From IMG/VR virus record IMGVR_UViG_3300010151_000007, positions 36,327 through 100,326 of that record: a stretch of DNA of 64,000 bases; one strand, written 5' to 3'. Of the stretch, positions 39,845 to 49,707 are shown piece after piece. The notes beneath the pieces are model-generated. The model searched no databases and was not told where the DNA came from. It saw only the letters and a program-made list of their open reading frames with translations. Position 1 is the first letter of the stretch. Every line of letters begins with the position of its first letter. Source of the stretch: a virus. Position numbers and translations under genes: made by a program.

Positions 39845-40144
39845 ATGAAAATAACTAAAGAGAAACTATTAACCATCATTCGTGAAGAAAAAGCAATCCT
39901 TGATCGGGAAGAAAAAGGCTTGTTAAACGAATCGACTTTAAACGAAGTAGATGTAGCAGATATGGACACTCTGGAAAAGTTGATGATTGTTGGTCGCGGG
40001 GTTTACAAGATGGTTGCGACATTGGGACTTCCAACGGCTTACGCAGTTTTCATGGTCTATGCTTTGGAAAGGGCAACAGGTAAGAGAATCCTCAATGATA
40101 AAGAGAGAGAGGAGCTTAAAGAAGAGAGTGAGGGTCAATTATGA
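39845..40144 (+). CDS. Small protein with MKITKEKL..IIREE leader and a hydrophobic segment
   Basis: GGAG SD favours start 39845 over 39830; leader shared with 40141, 40545, 52133. Confidence 0.7.
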   Translation: MKITKEKLLTIIREEKAILDREEKGLLNESTLNEVDVADMDTLEKLMIVGRGVYKMVATLGLPTAYAVFMVYALERATGKRILNDKEREELKEESEGQL

Positions 40145-40548
40145 AAATTAGCAAGACAACCCTAGAAGATTTAATTAAAGAAGAGTTTGATTCCCAATAT
40201 TCAAAAAGTTCTAAATTGCAGAAACGCTTTGAAATACAGGTGGGGAAACTGCTGGACAGAATTCATTCAATCGGAACACGGTACGCGGATTCTTTAACAT
40301 CCAAATTTTCAGGCACTCGCGTTAAAATCGATACTCGTAAAACAGATTATTTGCGTAAACTTCACGATCGCGCTCATTCCGCTACGGTTACCTGGGAAGG
40401 AACTATCGAGAAGATTGACTTCGATATTGAACAGATGCACGATGCTACGGAGATCGTTCTTTTTGCGACTGTCGTTTTAGATGAAATCCACGCCCAAGCT
40501 TTGGGAATGAATAAGATCGCCGTTGATACTAGGGGACTAAGCTTGTGA
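40141..40548 (+). CDS. Hypothetical protein with MKISK..L..LIKEE leader
   Basis: Overlapping start/stop, GAGG SD, shared leader. Confidence 0.7.
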   Translation: MKISKTTLEDLIKEEFDSQYSKSSKLQKRFEIQVGKLLDRIHSIGTRYADSLTSKFSGTRVKIDTRKTDYLRKLHDRAHSATVTWEGTIEKIDFDIEQMHDATEIVLFATVVLDEIHAQALGMNKIAVDTRGLSL

Positions 40549-40736
40549 AGTTTAAGAAAGCAGATATAAAAAAGATCATTAAAGAAGAATTCCGAACAAT
40601 TCTCCGAGAAGACAAACAAGCAGATACTTATCGCATGGCCGAAGTAATGGATGAATTATCTTCTATTATTGAACGATGGGACGAATCCCACCCTTATACA
40701 ATTGAAATCAGACGAATCATTGAATTGTGGTCGTGA
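40545..40736 (+). CDS. Small protein with MKFKK..IKKIIKEE leader (GTG start)
   Basis: GTGA overlap with the previous stop; shared leader. Confidence 0.65.
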   Translation: MKFKKADIKKIIKEEFRTILREDKQADTYRMAEVMDELSSIIERWDESHPYTIEIRRIIELWS

Positions 40737-40737
40737 C

Positions 40738-40766
40738 TTGCCAAGATGGTGTGAACGTGTTACATT
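40738..40766 (+). promoter_or_regulatory. Sigma70-type early/middle promoter, probably giving a leaderless mRNA
   Basis: TTGCCA(40738)-N17-TACATT(40761) with TGn extension; ATG at 40773 follows 6 nt after the -10 box, with no SD. Confidence 0.6.
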
Positions 40767-40772
40767 ATATAG

Positions 40773-40967
40773 ATGAAAGAGATCAAGGAGGGGGCACTCT
40801 GCACGGTTAGGTTCGTGGAGGGTGGTCTCTATACAGAAGAAATAGGCGTCGTAATGGCTGAATTGAAGAGGGTTAGACCTTTCGATGAAAGTCGATACGA
40901 TGTTTTCGTGGTTAGGCTAAAGAAAAATATGAAGTTCCCACGTCGTTATTTACATATGATGGAGTAA
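40773..40967 (+). CDS. Small hypothetical protein (SH3/KOW-like beta fold possible)
   Basis: IKEGALCTVRF...IGVVM...YDVFV; coupled to the next gene. Confidence 0.6.
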   Translation: MKEIKEGALCTVRFVEGGLYTEEIGVVMAELKRVRPFDESRYDVFVVRLKKNMKFPRRYLHMME

Positions 40968-43900
40968 TGTTGAAGCTAGCACACCTAAGTGACACCCATA
41001 TCCGGAATTACAAATATCACAAAGAATATAGAATGATATTTGACCAAATATACAATATTTTGAGGGAAGAAGAGCCCGATTATATCGTCCATTGTGGCGA
41101 TTTGGCACACACAAAGACTCAATTATCACCAGAATACTTCGATTTAGCGGCGGATCTCCTTCGAAAGTTGGCAGATATAGCGCCTTTGATCATCATTCCG
41201 GGTAATCATGATGGCAATTTGAAGAATGGTCATCGCCAAGATGCCATTACACCGATCGTTTCCGCATTGGAGCATGACAATATCCACTTCCAGAAGAAAT
41301 CGGGTGAATATTCGCCTGATGGTATTATTTCTTTTAATGTGTTGTCGGTGTTTGATGAAGAGAATTGGAAGAAGCCGAGTGATCCGAGCAAGATTAACAT
41401 CGCCCTGTATCATGGAGCCATTTCTGGTGTCAAAACTGACATCGGCTATATTATGGAACATGGTGATCACCCTGTCGACATCTTCGCCGATCATGATTTT
41501 GCATTTTTGGGGGACATTCACAAGACAAATCAGATTGTTGACACTGAAGGGAAATGTAGATATCCCGGTTCGACTGTGCAACAGAACTTTGGCGAGACTA
41601 ACGACAAGGGGTTGTTGATTTGGGAGATCAAGACAAAAGAAGATTTTACATGCCGCCACATCGCCGTGTCGAATCCGAAACCATTTGTTTCAATCCCGTT
41701 GACACCGAAGGGACGCCTGCCTCGTAAGCTGTCAATCCCACTCGGAGCGAGAATAAGAATAGTCTCGGAAACAAACACCTCTCTTGATGTAATCAAACGT
41801 GCTGTTGATGTTGTTAAACATAAGTTCAAGCCAGAAAGCGTGGCCTATCTAAATCGAGCTTCAAATCGAGTAGACGTTTCCAAAAGCATTTCAGATGTTG
41901 AGCACTTGAATCTTCGCGATGCAGCAGTTCAAGAGAAATTGATTCGCGAATACTTGGGCGATTATGAGGTCGAAGAGAACTTGATTGCCGAAGTCCTCGA
42001 ATTGAACAGGAAATATGCCAAAATTGCCGAGGAAGGTGAGGAGATTTCTAGAAATATCAATTGGGAAATTAATGATCTAGAATGGGACACTCTTTTTAAT
42101 TATGGGGAAGGCAATGCACTGGACTTCACGAAATTGAACGGCATCGTTGGATTGTTTGGAAAGAACTTTTCGGGTAAATCCAGTGTTGTTGACAGCCTTC
42201 TATACACCCTCTTCAACACGACGTCGAAGAACGAAAGAAAGAACTTGAATGTAATTAATCAAGCCCACGACGAAGGCTCTGGTACGGTCTCCATTTCCGT
42301 TGGGAACGAAAGATATTACATATCTCGTCAGTCAGCTAAATACACAAAGAAGCTCAAAGGGGAAACAACCCTGGAGGCAAAGACTGAATTAGAATTTTAC
42401 AAGATTGATGAGAACGGCGAGGTTGTAAGTTTGAATGGTCTGACGAGGAATGATACTGACAAGAATATTCGTAAAATGTTTGGCTCAAGTGAGGACTTCA
42501 TGTACACAAGTATGTCGACTCAATTGGATAGTCTCGCATTCATTCGGGAAGGTTCTACTAAAAGGAAAGAGATTCTTGCCAAATTCTTAGATTTGGAGAT
42601 CTTCGAAAAGAAGTTCAGATTGTCCAAAGAAGATTCGGTCGACATTCGCGGCGCTTTAAAAAGGTTAGAAGATCGAGATTATGATGAAGAGATAAACGAA
42701 GTCGAAGAAGAGATTCTTAAAAAAGCTTCCGCTCTAGAACATCAAGAGGGTCTTTGTGCAGAACACAAGACACTTCTGGAAGAACTGTCAAATGAGTTGA
42801 GTATCGTGGAACAGAAGATCAATAATGCTCCAACGAAGATTATTGACATTCATTCGATTCGTACTCAAATCAAAGATTCAGAGATAAGTGTATCCTCTAT
42901 GAAAGACCAAAACAGAACTTTTGAGCAGGAAATAGAAGATTCAGAAGAAATACTCCTGAAGGCTAAAAAGTCTATTTCTGAAATCGATCACGAAGAGATG
43001 TATAGGAAGGTTGAGATCCTTGATGCAAGGGGGGACGCTTTTGATACGTTGCGAGATTCGATTATTGAACTGGAAGAGCGCCTTGAAAGAAAGAAAAAGA
43101 AGAAGAAAATTCTTTCCCAAGTGCCTTGTGGGGATAAGTTTCCAACCTGTAAATTCATCCGTGATGCGGTGGTGGCTGAAACTCACATCCCAGATATCAA
43201 AAAATCTATTCACACAAAGACTCTAGAAATGCGCGAACTAGCTGTTGAGCTTTTTAGTGAGGAGCAGCCGCGCCTCAAGGTAGAACAATACGAGGCATTG
43301 GTGAATATCGAGACCAAAGAAGAAAAGACTTTGAGTGAAACAAGGTTGGGTGTTGAAAGAAACATATCAAAAATCCTTCAGCTAAATTCCGTTCTCAAAG
43401 GTTTGAAGACAGAAGAACAGGAATATGAAGTAAACAAAGAAGTGATTGAGAATTACGAAGCCTTAGTTATGAAGAAAGAGTTTCTTTCAAATCAGACTGA
43501 ACAATGTCAAGACAATTTGGAAAACTGTGATAAAGAGATTTTGAAACTTCATCGCGAAGGTGGTTCGCTATCACAGAAACTTGAAAACCTTAAAGAATTG
43601 AAGAAAGAGTATCATACACTCCAGACTGAATTTGCTGCCTATGATTTGTTCATGCGTTGCATGCATAGTAATGGAATTGCATACGATATCATTAAAAAGA
43701 ATCTGCCAATCTTGAATCAAGAGATCGCGAAGATTCTTGCTAACTTGACCGACTTTGAAGTCTTCTTTGAGGAGAATGGCAATCGTTTGGACATCTTTAT
43801 TAAACATCCAAAATATGAACCAAGAGCTTTATCTATGGCGTCTGGTGCTGAAAAGACAATGGCAGCTATGGCAATTCGTTTAGCCTTGTTGACTGTCTCA

Positions 43901-44110
43901 AGTTTGCCGACTTCCAACGTAATGATTCTCGATGAACCGGGTGTTTTCTTGGACGAGGAACACCTTCAGTCGTTTTCTCAAATGCTGGAAATGATTAAAA
44001 CAAAATTTAAGATCGTTATTCTTATTTCTCATCTGGAGAGTTTGAAAGACGTTGTTGATATGACGATCGATATAACCAAAAAAAATGGATATGCGTTCAT
44101 ACAACAGTAA
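40967..44110 (+). CDS. Fused Mre11/SbcD nuclease - Rad50/SbcC ATPase (gp47-gp46-like)
   Basis: N-terminal DTH, GD, GNHD, HG, GDIH metallophosphoesterase motifs; Walker A GKNFSGKSS, coiled coil, ASGAEK signature, ILDEP Walker B, ISH. Confidence 0.92.
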   Translation: MLKLAHLSDTHIRNYKYHKEYRMIFDQIYNILREEEPDYIVHCGDLAHTKTQLSPEYFDLAADLLRKLADIAPLIIIPGNHDGNLKNGHRQDAITPIVSALEHDNIHFQKKSGEYSPDGIISFNVLSVFDEENWKKPSDPSKINIALYHGAISGVKTDIGYIMEHGDHPVDIFADHDFAFLGDIHKTNQIVDTEGKCRYPGSTVQQNFGETNDKGLLIWEIKTKEDFTCRHIAVSNPKPFVSIPLTPKGRLPRKLSIPLGARIRIVSETNTSLDVIKRAVDVVKHKFKPESVAYLNRASNRVDVSKSISDVEHLNLRDAAVQEKLIREYLGDYEVEENLIAEVLELNRKYAKIAEEGEEISRNINWEINDLEWDTLFNYGEGNALDFTKLNGIVGLFGKNFSGKSSVVDSLLYTLFNTTSKNERKNLNVINQAHDEGSGTVSISVGNERYYISRQSAKYTKKLKGETTLEAKTELEFYKIDENGEVVSLNGLTRNDTDKNIRKMFGSSEDFMYTSMSTQLDSLAFIREGSTKRKEILAKFLDLEIFEKKFRLSKEDSVDIRGALKRLEDRDYDEEINEVEEEILKKASALEHQEGLCAEHKTLLEELSNELSIVEQKINNAPTKIIDIHSIRTQIKDSEISVSSMKDQNRTFEQEIEDSEEILLKAKKSISEIDHEEMYRKVEILDARGDAFDTLRDSIIELEERLERKKKKKKILSQVPCGDKFPTCKFIRDAVVAETHIPDIKKSIHTKTLEMRELAVELFSEEQPRLKVEQYEALVNIETKEEKTLSETRLGVERNISKILQLNSVLKGLKTEEQEYEVNKEVIENYEALVMKKEFLSNQTEQCQDNLENCDKEILKLHREGGSLSQKLENLKELKKEYHTLQTEFAAYDLFMRCMHSNGIAYDIIKKNLPILNQEIAKILANLTDFEVFFEENGNRLDIFIKHPKYEPRALSMASGAEKTMAAMAIRLALLTVSSLPTSNVMILDEPGVFLDEEHLQSFSQMLEMIKTKFKIVILISHLESLKDVVDMTIDITKKNGYAFIQQ

Positions 44111-44135
44111 TTACTGTATGGGAGGTTTTATCCTT

Positions 44136-44354
44136 ATGGAAGAAACGCAAATTGAAAAAGTCATCGCACAGGATGGCGTATTAGACAGGGTTCTAGAAAA
44201 AGTAATATCAAGAAAGCTGTTAGTGTGGACTGTCGCAACCGTATTTATGGGGCTACAATTTATCACTGGTGCTGAATGGATTCAAATCTGTTTGCTTTAC
44301 ATAGGTATTCAAGGTCTGGCTGACATGGTTATTGAATACAGAAGGGCAATGTAA
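44136..44354 (+). CDS. Putative holin (two TM segments)
   Basis: GGAGG SD at 44121 supports ATG 44136; SRKLLVW...two hydrophobic helices...YIGIQG..D. Confidence 0.5.
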   Translation: MEETQIEKVIAQDGVLDRVLEKVISRKLLVWTVATVFMGLQFITGAEWIQICLLYIGIQGLADMVIEYRRAM

Positions 44355-44357
44355 ACA

Positions 44358-44771
44358 GTGATTACTTGGCTGACTTTCAAAGCTTTTTCAAAGAAAGTTT
44401 TTGCATGGCTCAAAGTATATTGGTACGTCCCGATTGTTGTTACAGTCGGGGCGCTTTTTGCTTGGGTTTTGCAAGATCAGAAGGCGATGAAAAGGGTTTT
44501 AAAAGTTATGGAGGCTGCTTCATCTGCATATGAAAAAGAGAGAGAAGTGATCGAGGACACACACAAGAAAGAGCTTGATGGAATCTCTAGAATTCAAGAA
44601 CAGAAAAAACTCAAACAACAAGAACTTCTCAAGAAAAGGGAGAGGGAAGTTAAAGAAGCTCTTGACAAAAAGGCTGAACGGGTTAAGATATTAGAGAAGG
44701 AATTTGGAAAAGATTCTGATATTATGAAGAAAATTCTGGAGGAAGAATTTGGTTTTCATGAAATCAATTAA
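44358..44771 (+). CDS. Membrane-anchored coiled-coil protein (inner-spanin-like)
   Basis: N-terminal TM (YWYVPIVVTVGALFAWVL) followed by a charged coiled coil; follows the putative holin. Confidence 0.45.
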   Translation: MITWLTFKAFSKKVFAWLKVYWYVPIVVTVGALFAWVLQDQKAMKRVLKVMEAASSAYEKEREVIEDTHKKELDGISRIQEQKKLKQQELLKKREREVKEALDKKAERVKILEKEFGKDSDIMKKILEEEFGFHEIN

Positions 44772-45210
44772 AGAGTTGCTGATAGTTGCTACATTGATGT
44801 TCCCAACGGCAGCGTATGGCCAAGACTATAGGGTATTTGAGCAGGGTGAAGAAGCTCCGGAAAAAGGGTTTTTCTTCAGTGAGGATTCGTTTGCTAATTT
44901 ACTGGCAAAAATACAAGCAGATAAAGAGACCGCTCTTTCTTTGCAGGAAACAGAGCTTGGCTTTAAACATCATCTTGAGACGCTCGATCTAAAAGAGCAG
45001 GTTGAACTTACAACTTTGCGTTTAGACATTCAGGTTGAAAGAAGTAATGAGATTCTTGCAATCAAACAAGAACATCTTGAGAGATTGGAGGAACTAGCTT
45101 TAAAGAGACGCCCTGATTGGGTTGTGCCTGTTGCGGTTATCGGAACCGCCTTGGCAACTGCCGGTTTGAGCGTTGGTGTTGCTTATGCTGTGTCAGACGC
45201 GGTTAAATAA
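44749..45210 (+). CDS. Secreted coiled-coil protein with C-terminal TM (spanin-like; start probably 44758)
   Basis: Signal peptide ...TAAYG|QD, coiled coil, C-terminal hydrophobic helix; no lipobox Cys. Confidence 0.45.
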   Translation: MVFMKSIKELLIVATLMFPTAAYGQDYRVFEQGEEAPEKGFFFSEDSFANLLAKIQADKETALSLQETELGFKHHLETLDLKEQVELTTLRLDIQVERSNEILAIKQEHLERLEELALKRRPDWVVPVAVIGTALATAGLSVGVAYAVSDAVK

Positions 45211-45608
45211 TGGGCACCTACGGAACTAACAATACTCATAATATTGCACGCCTTGAGCACGCAATTCAAGAGAAGTATGGGCCTGATGCCATAAAGACTC
45301 CAACTTCAGAATGGGGCGAAGAGAAAGAGAAGAAGTTTTTAGAACAATCTAAAACTCTAAACAAGAAGCTTCAAAAATCTATGGAGAAGGATGAACGCCA
45401 AGAGACAGACGGCGTTTTAATTTCGAAAAAACTACTTAGTAGAGAAGCTGAAGAGAGAATTTGCCCGGTTTGCAATAAATATTCTTTTGACACGAAAGAC
45501 AGCGTTTATATGAACAAGTTTGAGTGTTGCAGGATGTGTTATATCCAATGGGTAGAGGATCGAGAAAAACGCTGGAAATCTGGCTGGCGGCCAAGTAAAG
45601 AGGAATAA
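45210..45608 (+). CDS. Hypothetical protein with C4 zinc finger
   Basis: CPVC...CCRMCYIQWVE.R..RW.SGWRP. Confidence 0.7.
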   Translation: MGTYGTNNTHNIARLEHAIQEKYGPDAIKTPTSEWGEEKEKKFLEQSKTLNKKLQKSMEKDERQETDGVLISKKLLSREAEERICPVCNKYSFDTKDSVYMNKFECCRMCYIQWVEDREKRWKSGWRPSKEE

Positions 45609-45614
45609 AACAAA

Positions 45615-46142
45615 ATGTCAACTTTAGATATTATTAGAGGAATCGCACAAGCTGCTGCTAACGCATATGACGGCGCGCTTGACGACAAAGGCGAGAAATT
45701 AGAAATCGGACTCAAGAGAGACGAGGGTCATGCAATTTTGGACTCCCGTGTTATTGATGGGTTTGTTGTTTCTTTTCATGGAAATATGCTTTGCTTGAAA
45801 TACCAAGCAGAATGCAAGATTTCCGAAGTCCACAAGCCTGGGTTTGAAGACGATGTTAATCAGCGTCTTGCAAGCATTGTCAAGTTCCTTAAAAAAGAAT
45901 ACAAGAAGATTACTAGCGACAGTCTTAGTTTGAAGATGGAAGATGAGCCTGTGATTAATGTTCAATACATTTCCAGAGTCCGTACAGATATTCAAGCACA
46001 CTGTTTTTATGTAATCGGAAATATTGATAGCGAGCCGATCAAGGGTGAATCCCGCGATTCAATCGAATCAAGCTTTAAGAGTTTTGTCGAACAGGGTGGT
46101 TGGGGCGGCAAGAAAGCTCCAAACGATACTAGAAAAGGCTGA
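45615..46142 (+). CDS. Hypothetical protein upstream of terminase
   Basis: AGAGG SD; coupled to terminase. Confidence 0.7.
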   Translation: MSTLDIIRGIAQAAANAYDGALDDKGEKLEIGLKRDEGHAILDSRVIDGFVVSFHGNMLCLKYQAECKISEVHKPGFEDDVNQRLASIVKFLKKEYKKITSDSLSLKMEDEPVINVQYISRVRTDIQAHCFYVIGNIDSEPIKGESRDSIESSFKSFVEQGGWGGKKAPNDTRKG

Positions 46143-47728
46143 TGGCAAGACTAACTAAAAAACAAACAGCCCACGAGCTAATGAAGTGCGGTAAAGATCC
46201 CGCCTACTTCATCAAGAACTATGTGAGGATTTCCCACCCAACTCGTGGTGTCATTCCTTTTAACTTATTCCCGTTTCAGGAAGATGTTATTCATGAGTTT
46301 GGTAATCATCGTTTCAATATTGCGCTGAAGGCACGCCAGCTTGGCCTGTCCACCACAGTCGCAGGGTATGCCCTGTGGATGCTTTTGTTTTATAGAGACA
46401 AAAACATTCTGGTTGTCGCCACAAAGCGAGATACTGCCGGTAACTTGTTGAAGAAAGTTCGCCAAATGTATGACCGCCTTCCAAAGTGGATGAAGATTTC
46501 AGATATTGCAATCGATAACAGGTATGAATTCAGATTAAAGAATGGCTCTGAAATGAAGGCATCAGCAAGCTCTAGTGACGCCGGACGTTCCGAAGCACTC
46601 TCGATGCTCATCGTGGACGAAGCGGCCCACGTAGACGGCCTAGATGACCTGTGGGCTGCTCTTTATCCTACCTTGTCGACTGGTGGGCGTTGTATCGCCC
46701 TTTCCACTCCGAATGGCGTTGGCAACTGGTTTCACAGGAATTATACGTCCGCCGAAAACGGCGTAAACGTTTTCAACCCAATCAAACTACTTTGGAATAT
46801 CCACCCAGAACGTGATCAATCTTGGTTCGAAAACGAAACCAGAAACATGCCCCCTCGCCAGATTGCACAAGAGCTTGAATGCTCCTTCAATGCTTCTGGC
46901 GATACTGTTATCAGTCCGAAAGATATTGCACATTTGTTTGAAATGACCAAAGAACCAGAATACAAAACCGGCTTTGATCACAATTTATGGATTTGGGAAA
47001 ACAGAATAGAAGAGTTTACTTACTTCATATGTGCCGACGTTGCGAGAGGTGATGGAAATGATAGTTCCGTTTTCCACGTTGTCAAAGCAGAAAAGATGGA
47101 AATTGTTGCAGAGTATCAAGGCAAACCTTCTTTGAGTGATTTCTCACACTTGCTGGCGAGCACCGGCAAAGAATATGGTAACTGCCTACTTGTGGTTGAG
47201 GTTAACAATCTTGGTATTTCTGTCATCGAAAAGCTGCAAGAATTAGAATACCCAAACATGTATTATGCGGCCAAGTCGACTCACGAATATGTTGAAAGCC
47301 ATATGGCGGCTCACACAAGTAATGTAGTTCCAGGTTTTACTACATCATCCAAGACGCGCCCGCTGATTATCGCAAAGATGGAAGAATTCATTAGAAACCG
47401 AATGGTGAAATCCTATTCATCTAGGTTTGTCGATGAAATCAAGACATTCATTTGGCAAAACGGAAAACCACAAGCAATGCGCTCATATCACGACGATTTG
47501 ATCATGGCTTTTGCAATTGCGTGCTGGGTCCGCGATACGGCAATCACTGTCAACAAAACTGAAATAGAATACCAGAAAGCAATGGTTATGTCTATTGGTC
47601 GAACTGAAAGAAAAATACACACTACGATTCCTGGCCAGACCGGTCACATCTATCGTGGTGGTGTTTCTGAAAAGGCGTATGCCGAAAGAGAAAAGTATCG
47701 TAAATTCATTTGGTTACTGAAGGGTTAA
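46142..47728 (+). CDS. gp17: Terminase large subunit (gp17-like)
   Basis: DPAYFIKNY, LFPFQ, LKARQLGLST (Walker A), IVDEAAH (Walker B), STPNG, QELEC.F, DVARG, HDDLIMA. Confidence 0.95.
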   Translation: MARLTKKQTAHELMKCGKDPAYFIKNYVRISHPTRGVIPFNLFPFQEDVIHEFGNHRFNIALKARQLGLSTTVAGYALWMLLFYRDKNILVVATKRDTAGNLLKKVRQMYDRLPKWMKISDIAIDNRYEFRLKNGSEMKASASSSDAGRSEALSMLIVDEAAHVDGLDDLWAALYPTLSTGGRCIALSTPNGVGNWFHRNYTSAENGVNVFNPIKLLWNIHPERDQSWFENETRNMPPRQIAQELECSFNASGDTVISPKDIAHLFEMTKEPEYKTGFDHNLWIWENRIEEFTYFICADVARGDGNDSSVFHVVKAEKMEIVAEYQGKPSLSDFSHLLASTGKEYGNCLLVVEVNNLGISVIEKLQELEYPNMYYAAKSTHEYVESHMAAHTSNVVPGFTTSSKTRPLIIAKMEEFIRNRMVKSYSSRFVDEIKTFIWQNGKPQAMRSYHDDLIMAFAIACWVRDTAITVNKTEIEYQKAMVMSIGRTERKIHTTIPGQTGHIYRGGVSEKAYAEREKYRKFIWLLKG

Positions 47729-47733
47729 TATAA

Positions 47734-49707
47734 ATGGCAAGAGGAAGAAATACGAGAAATCCAAGGTCAGAGCTATACAAACAACTTACAAGGTTGTTCT
47801 CTGGTCCCATGGTCAACAGGAGAAGTCAAACTGGTCGCCGTTTACGTCGTCACCAATTAGACAAGTTTGCATCACGTTTCCGTTCTGCAAGTGGGCAGCA
47901 GTTTACTCGTTCTACATATTTCCCATTCCAGAACATGCAGCACTCAATGATCAACAACCATAGCCGTGCAGAACGGTATACTGATTTTGATCAAATGGAG
48001 TACACACCAGAGATTGCGTCTGCCTTGGATATTTATGCAGACGAAATGACAACCCACTCTTCATTGCAACCAATGCTTAATGTCAAGTGTTCAAACGAAG
48101 AGATTAAAGCTGTCTTATATTCCCTGTACCACAACATCATGAACGTTGAGCATAACTTATTCGGCTGGTGTCGAACAATGTGTAAGTATGGTGACTTCTT
48201 TTTGTATTTGGATATCGAAGAAAACAAGGGGATCATCAAAACTATTGGCCTTCCTTCACACGAAGTCGAAAGAATAGAAGGCGAGGACAAAGAAAATCCG
48301 AACTATATTCAGTTCCAATGGAATTCAGGCGGCCTGACGCTTGAGAATTGGCAGTTAGCTCATTTTCGTATTTTAGGAAATGACAAATATGTCCCTTATG
48401 GTTCCTCTGTTCTGGAAGCGTCTCGTCGTATCTGGAGACAGCTAACGCTTCTTGAGGACGCAATGATGGCTTATCGTATCGTTCGCTCGCCTGAAAGAAG
48501 AGTTTTCTATATTGATGTTGGCTCTATTGCTCCTGCTGAAGTTGAGCAGTACATGCAAAAAGTTATCACTCAAATGAAAAGAGGATCCATTGTTGATGAA
48601 CAAACTGGCCGAGTTGACTTGCGCTACAACCCTCTTGGTGTAGAAGAAGATTTCTACATTCCAGTTAGAGGCGACACTAGTTCAAAAATTGAAACACTCC
48701 CCGGCGGCTCATTTACTGGTGATATCGATGACGTTGAATACTTGAGGGACAAGTTGTTCTCTGCTCTGAAGATTCCTGCTTCTTACATTTCAAGAGGCGC
48801 TGGCGCAGAAGAGGACAAAACAACATTAGCTCAAAAGGATATCCGTTTCGCAAGAACGATCCAAAGACTTCAAAGGGCGGTCGTTTCAGAGTTGGAAAAG
48901 ATTGGCATCATTCACCTCTATACAATGGGTTTCAAGGGCGATGATTTACTATCATTCAAATTGAGTTTGAATAACCCATCGAAGATTGCAGAACTCCAAG
49001 AGTTGGAACACTGGAACACTAAGTTCGATGTTGCAGCAGCAGCAACAGAAGGATTCTTCTCTAGAAGATGGGTTGCAGAACACTTGTTTAATATGTCTAA
49101 TGAAGAGTTCTTACGCAACCAGAGAGAGCTATTCTATGATCGTAAGTTCGATGCCAACTTGGCAGCCGTCGCAGAAATGGAACAAGAGAGTGCGGCAGGC
49201 GGCCTTGGCGGCCTTGGTGGTATGGGAGGTGGCGCTGGCGATATCGGTGATATCGGCGACCTTGGTGATTTAGGGGACGAATTAGGGCTTGGCTCCGGTG
49301 CTGGTGACGCCCCCGACCTAGACGTGGGCGGTGATGATGATAGCGTTCTTTTGGCGACACCCGATGACGAAGGTCCGTTACAGGAAGCGGAGCCCAACGA
49401 AGGCGACGAGTATACACGCCCCGGCTGGAAAGGTAAGACTCACAAAAAGACGAAAGGAAATCCAGGTTCGAAAGCAAGGAAGAAGAACTACAAAGCTGCG
49501 TATTCTCGTGAAAAAGCCTCTCCCACTAGAAGGAACACTCACCACGGATATAACGAATTGAATTCCTTGGTTCAAGGGCTTTATGAAGGTCGGACAGCTA
49601 ATTATATTATTGATGAAGAAGAAGGTGAGATTTTGAATGCCCAATCGGACTTCAATAGATTAATCGAAGGGATGGAGAAGTTCAATTCAACGGAGAACCA
49701 AGAATGA
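47734..49707 (+). CDS. gp20: Portal protein (gp20-like) with Gly/Asp-rich tail
   Basis: PEIASALD, LEDAMMAYRIVRSPERRVFYIDVG, EDFYIP.R, IETLPGG, DV.YLR.KLF.ALKIP.S. Confidence 0.95.
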   Translation: MARGRNTRNPRSELYKQLTRLFSGPMVNRRSQTGRRLRRHQLDKFASRFRSASGQQFTRSTYFPFQNMQHSMINNHSRAERYTDFDQMEYTPEIASALDIYADEMTTHSSLQPMLNVKCSNEEIKAVLYSLYHNIMNVEHNLFGWCRTMCKYGDFFLYLDIEENKGIIKTIGLPSHEVERIEGEDKENPNYIQFQWNSGGLTLENWQLAHFRILGNDKYVPYGSSVLEASRRIWRQLTLLEDAMMAYRIVRSPERRVFYIDVGSIAPAEVEQYMQKVITQMKRGSIVDEQTGRVDLRYNPLGVEEDFYIPVRGDTSSKIETLPGGSFTGDIDDVEYLRDKLFSALKIPASYISRGAGAEEDKTTLAQKDIRFARTIQRLQRAVVSELEKIGIIHLYTMGFKGDDLLSFKLSLNNPSKIAELQELEHWNTKFDVAAAATEGFFSRRWVAEHLFNMSNEEFLRNQRELFYDRKFDANLAAVAEMEQESAAGGLGGLGGMGGGAGDIGDIGDLGDLGDELGLGSGAGDAPDLDVGGDDDSVLLATPDDEGPLQEAEPNEGDEYTRPGWKGKTHKKTKGNPGSKARKKNYKAAYSREKASPTRRNTHHGYNELNSLVQGLYEGRTANYIIDEEEGEILNAQSDFNRLIEGMEKFNSTENQE

